A stretch of DNA of 64,000 nucleotides. It comes from a virus. Below the pieces are notes generated by a model. The model worked only from the letters and a program-made list of their open reading frames with translations, searched no databases and was not told the origin of the DNA. The stretch covers positions 13,999 through 77,998 of IMG/VR virus record IMGVR_UViG_3300035490_000323; one strand, written 5' to 3'. This document shows positions 9,920 through 19,354 of the stretch, in pieces; position 1 is the stretch's first letter, and the number at the start of each line of letters is the position of its first letter. Both the position numbers and the translations under genes were made by a program.

Positions 9920-10370
9920 TGCCGTGCCCCTCCTTTGCCTGCTCTATACAGTACCCCTGGAAGGCCTTGAGCACCCTTGGCCTCTCCCTTACCCATTCCC
10001 ACGCCGTCCTGCCGTCCGGCATGGCTATGATGCCTATTACGTCCCCCAGCGGCCTCTTCTCGCCCCTGGCGGTCATCCTGAGGTCGTACCATAGCCACTC
10101 GTCCGACACGTCCCCGTGGTCGTAGTCCTGGTGCTCCTTGCTCACGGGGTCGTACAGCCCCCTCCTCCTGCCGCTGTGGAAGCTGGCCAGCAGGAAGAGC
10201 ATCTCGAACAGCATCAGGCACCACATGATGGAGTAGACAGCGTACAGCTCCGGTACCCTCGGCGTTATCTGCCCGGTCAGGAACGACCAGTCCCAGAAGG
10301 CCGTCGCCAGCACCACGAATGCGGCGGCCAGGAGGTACCGCAGCTCTTGCTCTTCCCCGAGTATCCTCAT
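9840..10370 (-). CDS. Hypothetical membrane protein
   Basis: Two hydrophobic stretches in the N-terminal half; coupled to neighbouring ORFs. Confidence 0.6.
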   Translation of the reverse strand: MRILGEEQELRYLLAAAFVVLATAFWDWSFLTGQITPRVPELYAVYSIMWCLMLFEMLFLLASFHSGRRRGLYDPVSKEHQDYDHGDVSDEWLWYDLRMTARGEKRPLGDVIGIIAMPDGRTAWEWVRERPRVLKAFQGYCIEQAKEGHGNGDDGAQGVLPVAAGGDGSTARGTAA

Positions 10371-10678
10371 ACCACCACCTCCAGCAGCTCCCTTAGGTCT
10401 ATGCCGTGCTTCCTGGAAAGCTCCAGTATCTTCCCTGCCCTCCCCAGGTACCTTAGCTTCGTGATACCTGCCTGGCCCCAGGACTCGTCGTTATAGGAGC
10501 ACCCGTCTATATGGTTGGAGTTGCAGGTCTTGCGGTGGATGTAGTCCGCTACGTCCCTCGGGTCCCTGTGGTCCAGGGTATGGTCCTCGGCCTCCATCAC
10601 GTTGGTGAAGGTCCTGCTACAGCGCTCGCACTCTATGATGAACCTTATCCCCACCAGCCCCCCGTCCTTGAGCCTCAT
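10367..10678 (-). CDS. Hypothetical protein with C2H2-like motif
   Basis: MRLKDGG...CERC...H..H; start overlaps the upstream stop. Confidence 0.55.
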   Translation of the reverse strand: MRLKDGGLVGIRFIIECERCSRTFTNVMEAEDHTLDHRDPRDVADYIHRKTCNSNHIDGCSYNDESWGQAGITKLRYLGRAGKILELSRKHGIDLRELLEVVV

Positions 10679-11103
10679 CAGTCCCCTGTCCTTCCCTCGG
10701 CCTCGATGGCATCGTTGAGGTTGACCCTGAGGTCCTTCTCGGAGGCGATGACACGGGTGACGCTGGGCATGTCGTCCCCGCCGATGGCCGTCAGCTTCAG
10801 GTTGGTGTTGTTCCATCCGCACCCGTAGGGCTCCTCCTTCGGGGGGAACTTCTCTATCTCCCTGAGCACCTGCTCCCCCACGGGGCTGACGCCCTCCCTC
10901 CTGGCCTTCCGCGAGGCCCTCGGCCCGATGGTGTCCGTCTTGACCGCTGTCGCGCTGCCAGTCAGGCCGGTGGTGTCCATGTTGGTGTCGCTGCTCACGA
11001 TAGAGGACTCAAGCTCGGAGAACCTTACCGCCCCCTTCTTGCGCAGCTCCCGGTTGGGCCGGTCCTTCCCCATCTTCCTTACCCGCTTTACCCTGGCCTT
11101 CAT
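10678..11103 (-). CDS. Hypothetical protein
   Basis: MKARVKRVRK start after a GGAGG Shine-Dalgarno; tiles with neighbours. Confidence 0.55.
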   Translation of the reverse strand: MKARVKRVRKMGKDRPNRELRKKGAVRFSELESSIVSSDTNMDTTGLTGSATAVKTDTIGPRASRKARREGVSPVGEQVLREIEKFPPKEEPYGCGWNNTNLKLTAIGGDDMPSVTRVIASEKDLRVNLNDAIEAEGRTGD

Positions 11104-11273
11104 ACTGCCTCCTTTATGCGCCTGTCGCAGTAGGTACAATACCCCGAGGGCTCTATCGCCTCCTGGCCCCTGCCCCCCATGAACTTGGGGTCCTGTACCC
11201 ACTCCCTGGTGGGGAGGAACCTGTGGCAGAACTTGCACTGGGCCCAGTGCCCCGTCCTGAGCACGGCCCGCAT
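11100..11273 (-). CDS. Small Zn-finger protein
   Basis: MRAVLR...CKFC...CTYC. Confidence 0.5.
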   Translation of the reverse strand: MRAVLRTGHWAQCKFCHRFLPTREWVQDPKFMGGRGQEAIEPSGYCTYCDRRIKEAV

Positions 11274-11281
11274 CAGCCTCC

Positions 11282-11677
11282 CTACCACCTCTTCTCCTCC
11301 GGCACGGCCCCTAGCAGCTTGTCCGTCGCGCTCCTGATTAGGTCCTGCCAGAGCGCCTTGAGGAACAGGAGCACGGTGGCGAGCACCCTCCGGACGGACC
11401 CTAGCCTGCTGCGCCAGCGCTGCCTGAACCTCTCCTGGTGCTCCCTCTCCCTCCTCTTGCGGTGGGAGAGCATGAGGACGTATGTCCCGTCTACCTCGGC
11501 GTTGATGTCCTCCCTCAGCGCCTTCTCGGTCCTGGCGCACATCCAGTCGTCCCATACCCTGGCGGACATGCTGCTGAGGGCCTCGTAGTACAGCCACAGC
11601 AGGAAGCCGCCCACTGCCAGCGCAGGCCACTTCAGGGCCAGGAATGCGGCAAGCGTGCCTATGGCTTTTCTGAGCAC
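11282..11677 (-). CDS. Hypothetical membrane protein
   Basis: GTG start after AAGGAG; N-terminal hydrophobic segments. Confidence 0.5.
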   Translation of the reverse strand: MLRKAIGTLAAFLALKWPALAVGGFLLWLYYEALSSMSARVWDDWMCARTEKALREDINAEVDGTYVLMLSHRKRREREHQERFRQRWRSRLGSVRRVLATVLLFLKALWQDLIRSATDKLLGAVPEEKRW

Positions 11678-11832
11678 GGCGTTCTCCTTGAGGTGATAAG
11701 CTCCACCGAGTCGTTGGCGACATCGAAGGCGATGGCCACCACCGGCTCGTAGTCCCCTGTGTCCGGGTCGAATGCCCTTACCTCCAGGCCAGGGTAGTAC
11801 GACAGCATCCTGACTATGTCCGATGCCGTCAT
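11659..11832 (-). CDS. Hypothetical 57-aa protein (not in the ORF track)
   Basis: MTASDIVRMLSYYPGLEVRAFDPDTGDYEPVVAIAFDV...; ATG overlaps the cca stop. Confidence 0.45.
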   Translation of the reverse strand: MTASDIVRMLSYYPGLEVRAFDPDTGDYEPVVAIAFDVANDSVELITSRRTPCSEKP

Positions 11833-13277
11833 CCCCCCTCCCCTGTAGGGGGGCTAGGAAGGATGGGCCGGACGAGCTGGCCAGGGAAGACATACTCCAC
11901 CCCTTTCCTCAGCCTCTCCATCGCCTCCAGGGCCTCCTCGCGGGTGGATATCGTGCCCTCTAGCTGCATGTCCTCGATGTCCCCCAGGATTAGCTTGAAG
12001 CCCCTTCCCGGCTCCATCCCCATGGCTATCAGGTCGTCCCCCGTGGCCAGCCTCTCCGGGCGTATCTCCTCGGGGGTCAGCGACATGCAGTAGTCCAGCA
12101 TCTCGGTGTACTGCGCTGCCGCGTGGTCCCTGTAGTCCTTGCCCAGCTCCCCCTCCCCGTCCTCCTCGTCCTCCCTGCGCAGGAGGATGTCCTGCCTGGC
12201 CAGGACGACGCCGTTCCTGGCCCCCGGCGTGCGCATCAGCTTCTTGAGGCGGTAGCGGCTGTGGTTCTTGGGGTAGTAGTAGAAGTTCCCGTTGAGGAGC
12301 AGGTCCATGCGCACGTCCAGCGCCCCGCAGATGGCCCTGGCATGCTCCGAGGACAGCTTCAGGACATCCCTGCACAGGTGCTCGCTGTCCGTCTCGCAGG
12401 GGTCGGACCCGGCGAGCAGCATGGCCATCCCTAGGTCCTGGTCCGTGGTGGGGAAGGCTGCCAGCCTGTGCATGGCGTTGGCCAGGGAGGGCTTGACCGC
12501 CTCCCTGAAGGGCAGGTATTCGAGCAGCCCCGATGCCGCCAGGGCGGCCAGCCCGCCCGCAGCATTGGGGGACGCCACGAGCCTGAGCAGCTCCGCCGTG
12601 ACGCGCTCCACCGACACCCTCCTGATAAGGGGGGCGTTCCTCCTGATTGCGCCCAGGGTGCCCTGCTCTATCTGGAACCTGAGCTGGGCAGCGAACCTGC
12701 ACGCCCGCAGCATCCTGAGGGCGTCCTCCATGAACCTCTGCGTCGGGTCGCCGATGCAGCGGACGACCCTGTCCCTGATATCCCTGAGCCCGCCCACATA
12801 GTCCACGACGAGGCTGTCCCCGCCCGGCGCTGGCTGGATGGCAAAGGAGGTGCTCTGCGGCCCGCTGCCTGGGTGCCCCTCCGCCAGGGTCGTGCCGCCG
12901 TACGAGATAAGCAGCCCGTTCATGGTGAAGTCCCGCCTGGAGACGTCCTGCTCGGCGGTGTCGCTGTAGAAGACAATCTCGGGATGGCGGCCGTCCTCGT
13001 ACCTGCCGTCCGACCTGAAGGTGGCCACCTCGGTGTTCACCCCGCCGATGACCACGGTGACCACGCCGAAGGCCGCCCCGATGGGGACGGTCTTCTCGAA
13101 GAGGCCTATGACCTGCTCCGGGCGGGCATTGGTCGTGACATCGTAGTCCTTGGGCTCCCTGCCCAGGACGAGGTCGCGCACGCACCCGCCGACGAGGTAG
13201 GCCTCGAAGCCTGCCTCGCTGAGCGCCCTGATTACCTGCTCGGCCGCCTGCCTTGCCTCAGTAGCCATAGCCGACAT
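11829..13277 (-). CDS. cca: CCA-adding tRNA nucleotidyltransferase (class II, PolyA_pol family)
   Basis: AYLVGGCVRD...KDYDVTT, EVATFR, RRDFTMN and EDALRMLRACRF motifs. Confidence 0.9.
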   Translation of the reverse strand: MSAMATEARQAAEQVIRALSEAGFEAYLVGGCVRDLVLGREPKDYDVTTNARPEQVIGLFEKTVPIGAAFGVVTVVIGGVNTEVATFRSDGRYEDGRHPEIVFYSDTAEQDVSRRDFTMNGLLISYGGTTLAEGHPGSGPQSTSFAIQPAPGGDSLVVDYVGGLRDIRDRVVRCIGDPTQRFMEDALRMLRACRFAAQLRFQIEQGTLGAIRRNAPLIRRVSVERVTAELLRLVASPNAAGGLAALAASGLLEYLPFREAVKPSLANAMHRLAAFPTTDQDLGMAMLLAGSDPCETDSEHLCRDVLKLSSEHARAICGALDVRMDLLLNGNFYYYPKNHSRYRLKKLMRTPGARNGVVLARQDILLRREDEEDGEGELGKDYRDHAAAQYTEMLDYCMSLTPEEIRPERLATGDDLIAMGMEPGRGFKLILGDIEDMQLEGTISTREEALEAMERLRKGVEYVFPGQLVRPILPSPPTGEGG

Positions 13278-13509
13278 CCTCCGCGCTTACCCACGGGCCG
13301 TCATGCCTGCCGCACCCGGTGCATACCCGGATGGTAGCCGGGACCCCGGCCCCCCAGAAGCTAGTGCTGCCGGTCGTCCCGTGCGGCTGTTCGATGACCC
13401 GGTGCTCTATCCCGGCAGCCTTGCAGTCCTTGCAGTCATAGGTGTTTATCTCTCCGGGGCCGTAGCCCCGCATGACGAACGTCCCGAACGTCCCATGCTC
13501 TAGTCCCAC
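13258..13509 (-). CDS. Small Zn-ribbon protein
   Basis: CKDC...CTGC. Confidence 0.5.
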   Translation of the reverse strand: MGLEHGTFGTFVMRGYGPGEINTYDCKDCKAAGIEHRVIEQPHGTTGSTSFWGAGVPATIRVCTGCGRHDGPWVSAEDVGYGY

Positions 13510-13910
13510 CAGAGCCTTACCGCCTTATGGCCTATCGGCTCCTTGTCGGGGACAAAGGCCTCCGTCTCGTCCCGCTCGTCCTCCCCCAGGTCCGGGGCCG
13601 TGCCGGGGAGGGGGACATAGACGCATACGCTCCCCTCGCGGGCAAGGATGACGTCCCCCTTAATCTCCCCGATAAGGTCGTAGGTGAAGCCGTTGTACCC
13701 GTCCGGCACCGCTGCCCTCATTATCTCCATCCCCACGGCCGCCGGGACGGGCCTTGCGGCGTGGTAATGGAGGTTCCGCTGCCCCTCGTGCGGCGTCCCT
13801 TCCATGCAGCAGTCGGCATAGGCGAGCATCGTCTCCCTCGCCACGTCATCGTACTCGGGGGGGACGCCGTCCCCCACGTACATCCGGGGCCTCTTCGCTA
13901 TGAGCCGCAT
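13500..13910 (-). CDS. Hypothetical protein
   Basis: Tiling ORF with LAREGSVCVYV and a terminal LWWD. Confidence 0.6.
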   Translation of the reverse strand: MRLIAKRPRMYVGDGVPPEYDDVARETMLAYADCCMEGTPHEGQRNLHYHAARPVPAAVGMEIMRAAVPDGYNGFTYDLIGEIKGDVILAREGSVCVYVPLPGTAPDLGEDERDETEAFVPDKEPIGHKAVRLWWD

Positions 13911-13919
13911 CGGTCCTCC

Positions 13920-14129
13920 CTACCTTGTCTCCACCTTGTCGCAGCCGCACCTCGGGCATGTGAAGCGGCTGCCTATGGTGTCATGGCCCATGGTCGTCCT
14001 GACCTTGCCCTGCCAGGCGCAGTTCATGCAGTGGGCGTCCTGCACGTACGACTTCTTGCCCCTGCACTCCCCCATGAAGCACTTGTTGTCTATGACCTGC
14101 GGGCCTCTCTTGCCCTTCTTTGCCTTCAT
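13920..14129 (-). CDS. Small Zn-ribbon protein
   Basis: MKAKKGK...CMNC...CPRCG. Confidence 0.5.
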   Translation of the reverse strand: MKAKKGKRGPQVIDNKCFMGECRGKKSYVQDAHCMNCAWQGKVRTTMGHDTIGSRFTCPRCGCDKVETR

Positions 14130-14140
14130 CGACCCCCTCC

Positions 14141-14356
14141 TTAGTCCGTCTCCCCCTCCCAGTCGGGGTCCACGTCGCAGTAGCAGAGCGTGTCCTCGCC
14201 TGCGCACCCCGTGCATCTGACGGACAGGCACTCGGGACAGATGGCAAGGTGCTTCCTGCCGTGCTCCTTGCATGCCTCGGCTGCGCTGAGCATGGACTGC
14301 ATCGTCCGCAGCCCTAGGATGTTGCTCTCGATGCCCAGGTTGTCGAGCGTCTGCAT
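14141..14356 (-). CDS. Small Cys-rich protein
   Basis: MQTLDNLG...CPEC..C.GC...CYC. Confidence 0.45.
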   Translation of the reverse strand: MQTLDNLGIESNILGLRTMQSMLSAAEACKEHGRKHLAICPECLSVRCTGCAGEDTLCYCDVDPDWEGETD

Positions 14357-14357
14357 G

Positions 14358-14669
14358 CTACGCCTCGGGCACGGGCCCCGGCTCGTCAATCAGCTCCCCG
14401 GAAGCCCCCCTGCGTGCTTGCTCGAATGGGGCCTGAGGGGCCTCAGCGGCCGGCGGCTCGATGCGCCACACCCTGACGCCCTGGCCTGCCACCCGCTGCC
14501 TCTTGAAGCGCCTGCCGGTCCTCCGCTGGAGGATGGCTATGGTCTTGGAAAGGCTGGAGCTGCGGGGAACGTTGATTACAGTGCTCTGCCCTACCTCCAG
14601 CTTCTCCAGCACGGCGTACTTCGACTCACGCTTGGGGACCGGTACCCCGTTCTCGATGACCTCGTTCAT
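14358..14669 (-). CDS. Hypothetical protein, possibly DNA-binding
   Basis: IENGVPVP..SKY..LEVGQS...GVRVWRI, a pattern seen in small phage proteins. Confidence 0.6.
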   Translation of the reverse strand: MNEVIENGVPVPKRESKYAVLEKLEVGQSTVINVPRSSSLSKTIAILQRRTGRRFKRQRVAGQGVRVWRIEPPAAEAPQAPFEQARRGASGELIDEPGPVPEA

Positions 14670-14791
14670 TGGCTTCTCTCCTGGTGGACCGCTACTCCTC
14701 CACATGTCTACTATACACAGGAATACTGGTCTATACGGGAAATTTATCCGAGAGAATTCCGTCTTCCGCCCCCCCTTATATGGGAGGAAAC

Positions 14792-15184
14792 ATGAAGAAG
14801 ATTCTCGCTATACTGCTCTTGGCCTGCCTGGTCGCATTCACCTCGCCCGCGATGGCGAAGGGGTCCGACACGGCCACCACGACCTTTACCCTGACCATCA
14901 ACGCACCGCTCGCTATCTCTACCCCGGCAGCGCTCCCCGGAGGGGTGGCGGGAGCGTCCTATGCCGTTACCCTGGCGGCCACAGGCGGCGTGCCGCCCTA
15001 TACCTGGTCCCTCAACAGCGGCTCCACGCTCCCCGCAGGGCTGACCCTGACATCGGCAGGGATACTGAGCGGGACGCCGACCACGGCGGGCACCTATTCC
15101 TTCGGCATTACAGTGACGGACTCCAAGCTGTCGCTGGTCAAGGCGGCCGCGAGCGTGAAGGTACCGGCGTCAGTATTGAAGTAG
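14792..15184 (+). CDS. Secreted putative Ig-domain (He_PIG-like) protein
   Basis: Signal peptide MKKILAILLLACL...AMA; LAATGGVPPYTWS...LPAGLTL...GILSGTPT..GTYSF. Confidence 0.85.
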   Translation: MKKILAILLLACLVAFTSPAMAKGSDTATTTFTLTINAPLAISTPAALPGGVAGASYAVTLAATGGVPPYTWSLNSGSTLPAGLTLTSAGILSGTPTTAGTYSFGITVTDSKLSLVKAAASVKVPASVLK

Positions 15185-15185
15185 C

Positions 15186-15542
15186 ATGAGAGGGCGTAGG
15201 CGTACCATACTCGGCGCTGCACTGCTGCCCCTTGTGGTCATCCTGGCCCCGCTATGGCTGGGCCAGGGATGCCGCCCGGCCCCGCGTGCCCCTGTGCAGG
15301 CCACGGTGCCGGAGGCCAAGACTTTTGGCCCCTACCACCCCTATATAACCACGAAGGCGCTCCCAAAGGGCGTCCAGGGGCAGCCCTACTACTTCCAGCT
15401 CTCCGCATCGGGGTGCCCGCCCAAGGGGTGCATGTGGGTCGTGGTAGGCCTGCCCAGGGGGCTCAGGGCGTCCGCTGCCGGGGTCATCTCCGGGACCCCT
15501 ACCTCCTCGGGAAGCTCTAACGTGACTGTGACTGTGCTATGA
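15186..15542 (+). CDS. Membrane-anchored or secreted He_PIG-like Ig protein
   Basis: Hydrophobic N-terminus; ITTKALPKG..GQPY...LPRGL...GVISGTPT. Confidence 0.8.
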   Translation: MRGRRRTILGAALLPLVVILAPLWLGQGCRPAPRAPVQATVPEAKTFGPYHPYITTKALPKGVQGQPYYFQLSASGCPPKGCMWVVVGLPRGLRASAAGVISGTPTSSGSSNVTVTVL

Positions 15543-15928
15543 AATGGCCTGCCGTCATCCTGCTCCTGCTGTCCCTGGGTATCACGGGGGCCCGGGCCCA
15601 GGATAAAACATCCCAAACCTTCACCATAGCGGTGTCAGCCCATGACGTTACTCTTTCCTGGACCCCGCCCACCCTCCTGGCGAATGGCAATCCCCTCCCT
15701 ACCGGTTCAGTTATAACCTATAATGTCTTCAGGGGGTCAACGCCCGGCGGGGAGGGCCCTACCCCTATCAATCCCGTGCCGGTCAGCACCGCAGGCTACA
15801 AGGACATTAAGGTGATTGGCGGGGCGACCTACTATTACTATGTCGAGGCCATAAACACCCTCGACGGGGTTACCAGCCCCCCGTCCGTGCCGTCCATGGA
15901 GGCGACTGCTACCGTTCCCTCGCCGTAG
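15539..15928 (+). CDS. Secreted fibronectin type III domain protein
   Basis: Signal peptide; VTLSW...YNVFRG...YKD..V..GATYYYYVEA. Confidence 0.85.
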   Translation: MKWPAVILLLLSLGITGARAQDKTSQTFTIAVSAHDVTLSWTPPTLLANGNPLPTGSVITYNVFRGSTPGGEGPTPINPVPVSTAGYKDIKVIGGATYYYYVEAINTLDGVTSPPSVPSMEATATVPSP

Positions 15929-16792
15929 CTAGATATGGCAGTCGCAGGCCACCGCCCAGCAGGCCTTGCTGGCGGACAGGACCTCGGCGACCTTCCTCTT
16001 CCATTCCTCGGGCCGCATCATGCCGCTGGAGCACCCCCACCAGCCCATGGTGGCCCTCTCATGCCACTCCCCGTCCGGGGTGACCAGGGCATAGGGCACG
16101 AAGTCCCTGGGCAGCATGGACACAGGCATCATGTCCCCGTCGTACTTCTTCCAGCCCGTGGGCCACTTTACGGCCCTCCCTGTCCCCTTGCAGCCGTTGC
16201 ACTTGTACTCCGGGTCCTCCCGGCGCATCTGCTCGCCGAGGGCATCGTCCCTCAGCCCCGTGCCGAGGCAGAGGAAGCAGGTCTCGGCGTTGGCCCCGTC
16301 CTTCTCGGGCTCGTAGGCCGTGAACGTCCCCGTCCACCTCCCCCCGACCTGGAACCAGTCCCAGCGGGCCTTGGGGTTGCGGGTGGACCTGAACGTGCCG
16401 CTGCCATGGCAGTCCGTGCAGTCCGGGTCCGCCCTGTCGCAGTCCGGGTGGGCCATCATGGCGGCATGCTGCTCCTGCTCTACGTCCGCCTGGGCGCTGT
16501 CAATCTCGTCGTTGTAGGCCTCCACCTGCTCCTTGGTCCCCTTGCCCTCCTCCCAGAGGCTTACCCCCAGCTTCTCGTACCTCTCGTGGATGGCATCGAA
16601 CCTGGACCTGGCGTCCACCTTCTCCCTGGCCGCGTTCCTGGCCTTCTCCCCGACGCAGTAGCACTTGTGGTCGTACTCCTTTACCTCCAGGTTCTCGTTA
16701 TAGGGGGCCAGCAGCACCCCCGCCATCGCCTCGGCGTTCTCACGCGATATCGGCTGCTTGTCCAGCAGCACCGTCACCAGGAAGTGCGACAT
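15929..16792 (-). CDS. Conserved phage protein with inserted DnaJ-like CxxCxGxG motifs
   Basis: MSHFLVTV...NPKARWDWFQVGGRW...TPDGEWHE..MGWWG...DCHI. Confidence 0.7.
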   Translation of the reverse strand: MSHFLVTVLLDKQPISRENAEAMAGVLLAPYNENLEVKEYDHKCYCVGEKARNAAREKVDARSRFDAIHERYEKLGVSLWEEGKGTKEQVEAYNDEIDSAQADVEQEQHAAMMAHPDCDRADPDCTDCHGSGTFRSTRNPKARWDWFQVGGRWTGTFTAYEPEKDGANAETCFLCLGTGLRDDALGEQMRREDPEYKCNGCKGTGRAVKWPTGWKKYDGDMMPVSMLPRDFVPYALVTPDGEWHERATMGWWGCSSGMMRPEEWKRKVAEVLSASKACWAVACDCHI

Positions 16793-17006
16793 CCGTCCTC
16801 CTATAGCCCCTTCCGGGGCACCCTTGCAGGTGCCCCAGGGGCCTCTTGCGGCAGAGATGGCCGGGGTGCCTTCTTCCCTCCCCCGCCACCTGCTAATACT
16901 ACCGGCCTGAGCCATACAGTGCTCTGGGTGGCCAGTGTAGGGGTGCCGTCCAGGCGGCCCAGGCGGCCCAGCCTTGTCCATCCGTCCCTGCTTTTCCTGC
17001 CCATGC

Positions 17007-17351
17007 CTAGTAGTCCGTCCTGAACAGCTCCCTCGGGTCGTTCGGGATATCGGGGCCCTCGTCTGCCGGGGCCTCCCCCCAGGCCGGAGGGCTGTTGATG
17101 TCGAACGGCAGGTTGACGGGTATCGCTGCCGCCAGCCCTGCCTCCGCCGCCTCGCTCTCCCCCATAGGCGGGCAGAGGCTTACCCCCGCCCCCACGAGCT
17201 TACCCGTCTCCCTCTCCCACTGCCAGTCACGGTCCCCCACCTGGAGATACACGTACTTCTCCTCCACCCTCACCTCTACCGGGCAGGGGCTTGGTATCCT
17301 CCCCTTGCTTGCCAGGAGGGGCACTACCAGGTCCTTGTGCTGATACCTCAT
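17007..17351 (-). CDS. Hypothetical protein
   Basis: Tiling ORF with Shine-Dalgarno. Confidence 0.55.
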   Translation of the reverse strand: MRYQHKDLVVPLLASKGRIPSPCPVEVRVEEKYVYLQVGDRDWQWERETGKLVGAGVSLCPPMGESEAAEAGLAAAIPVNLPFDINSPPAWGEAPADEGPDIPNDPRELFRTDY

Positions 17352-18015
17352 TGCTCTTCTCCTTTTCCCTTTCCTCTGCCTCGGCCGCCAGCCTGGCGGC
17401 CTCGGCCTTCTCCTTCTCGTAGTCGAACCCCAGCAGCAGAAGCTCCGCCTTGATGTTGGCCCTGGCTATCTCCGCCAGGGCCCCCTCGAACCCCTGCGAC
17501 TGGAACATGGGGCTCTTCTGCACCAGCATGATAAGCCCCATGGTCCTGCCTATCTCCCATGCCCTGCTCCCCAGGTGCCCCCACCTCTCCCTTGCCCTGC
17601 GGGCGGACACCAGGTACGCTATCCTCGGGCGACCGTACGGGGAGAGGGCCATGTCTATGACTGTGGAGTAGCCGTGGGTAAGGTTCCAGCACCCGGAGAT
17701 GAGGGGGACTATGTGCCTCTCCGCCTCCTCCAGGGAGAACCCCAGGCTGCGGCAGTCGCGCAGGAAGGCCACGGAGGAGATGCCCTCGTCGCCAGGCTCC
17801 CAGTCGTGGTAGAGCCATGCCGCCATGGCGTAGCGGCCGGGCAGGCGGCCCTCTATCCTCCTGTGCTCGTGGAGCCCGTACGCCAGGTAGGCGGCGTCCT
17901 TGGCCCTGGTGCGCCCCTGGTACCTTGCCAGGACGCCGGCCAGGATATGCCTCCTGCCCTCCTCCCCCTCGGGGTCGAGGACAGGCATGACCATCTCCTC
18001 CAGGGTGGGCCTCAT
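17227..18015 (-). CDS. Hypothetical protein
   Basis: Long ORF directly after a GTATTA promoter-like box. Confidence 0.6.
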   Translation of the reverse strand: MRPTLEEMVMPVLDPEGEEGRRHILAGVLARYQGRTRAKDAAYLAYGLHEHRRIEGRLPGRYAMAAWLYHDWEPGDEGISSVAFLRDCRSLGFSLEEAERHIVPLISGCWNLTHGYSTVIDMALSPYGRPRIAYLVSARRARERWGHLGSRAWEIGRTMGLIMLVQKSPMFQSQGFEGALAEIARANIKAELLLLGFDYEKEKAEAARLAAEAEEREKEKSNEVSAQGPGSAPPGKQGEDTKPLPGRGEGGGEVRVSPGGGP

Positions 18016-18113
18016 GCGGGGTAATACTGGGAGGGGGCGCTTCCGTATGGTCGTTCTTCTACATGCTCATAGAGTACGTCACCAGCGCCTCCAACCCTGG
18101 GACGATGCCGATC

Positions 18114-19337
18114 TTACCACGTCTCCACTACCATAGTTCCCACGAAGTTCGTGGCCTGACCGCTGGTAGCAGACGCAAGGTTTCCGACGTAAACATAGAA
18201 CGTGCCCGAAGACATGTCTATGTTCGTGTCCCTGGTGGCGGCATTGTATGAGCTTCCAGCAAACGGCGTGCCGTTGACTACCATGGACACTATGTTGGAG
18301 CTGGAGCCCAGGACGTCGATAATAAACTCGAAGTAGTTTTCCCCAGCCCATAGGCCAGGCCCCGTGTTCGAAGCACCTAGTATAGTGGTGTAGGTCGTAT
18401 TGTTATTGTACTGGCTGTAGGCGTAGAACTCCCCGCTGCTGGGTATAGTCATCCCTAAGGTATAGCCATGCCCGGACGTGGACGTGGCGTCCTTGGATAC
18501 GTATAGGTCGTAATAAACGTAGGTGGCATTATAGACCATGTTCCAAGTCCACCTGATGCGGATGCGCTTGAACCCCGTGAAGCCCTGTACCGACTGATAC
18601 AGGTTCGTGCCGGAGAAGAAAGTTGCCGGGGAGTTCCAGGTTATAGCAGTCTCGGTGTAGCCTGATACGTGGCCGCTAGGTCCAGTGTATCCGGTATAAC
18701 CAGTGTAACCTGTGTATCCGCTATACCCCGTGGCCCCGTACCCGGTATAGCCTGTGAAGCTCCCTGGGCCTGTGTAGCCGGTGTACCCCGTCCCTCCTGG
18801 CCCCTGCTGGCCAGTGTAGCCTGTGAACCCTGTGTAGCCGGTATAGCCTGTGCCCCCAGGGCTTGCAGGGCCTGTGTAGCCGGTGTATCCTGAATATCCG
18901 GTGTAGCCAGTGTATCCCGGTCCTGTGTAGCCCGTGTAGCCGGTAGCGCCAGGACCGGTATATCCTGTGTAGCCTGAGTACCCTGTGTAGCCGCTACCAC
19001 CGATGTAGCCGGTGTATCCAGAGTAGCCTGTGAAGTTCCCAGGTCCCGTGTATCCTGTGTAGCCTGTGTAGCCTGAGTAGCCAGTGTAGCCGGAATAGCC
19101 CGTGAAGTTCCCTGGTCCCGTGTAGCCCGTGAACCCAGAATAGCCAGTGTAGCCAGAATAGCCGCTGTATCCGGTGTAGGCCCCGGTCCCCGTGTACCCT
19201 GTGTAGCCTGAGTATCCAGTGAAGTTGCCCGGACCTGTGTAGCCTGTGTAGCCAGAGTACCCCGTGTAGCCTGAATACCCCGTGTAGCCGGAATATCCGG
19301 TAGGGCCTCCGGGAGTGATAACGACGTTCTTGGCCAT
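18114..19337 (-). CDS. Collagen-like Gly-Tyr-Thr/Ser repeat fibre protein with a beta-rich C-terminal head
   Basis: About 210 aa of G-X-Y triplets (GYT/GYS/GFT), then an aromatic/Asn/Thr-rich globular domain. Confidence 0.8.
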   Translation of the reverse strand: MAKNVVITPGGPTGYSGYTGYSGYTGYSGYTGYTGPGNFTGYSGYTGYTGTGAYTGYSGYSGYTGYSGFTGYTGPGNFTGYSGYTGYSGYTGYTGYTGPGNFTGYSGYTGYIGGSGYTGYSGYTGYTGPGATGYTGYTGPGYTGYTGYSGYTGYTGPASPGGTGYTGYTGFTGYTGQQGPGGTGYTGYTGPGSFTGYTGYGATGYSGYTGYTGYTGYTGPSGHVSGYTETAITWNSPATFFSGTNLYQSVQGFTGFKRIRIRWTWNMVYNATYVYYDLYVSKDATSTSGHGYTLGMTIPSSGEFYAYSQYNNNTTYTTILGASNTGPGLWAGENYFEFIIDVLGSSSNIVSMVVNGTPFAGSSYNAATRDTNIDMSSGTFYVYVGNLASATSGQATNFVGTMVVETW

Positions 19338-19354
19338 CTCTGCTTAGGGCCCCC

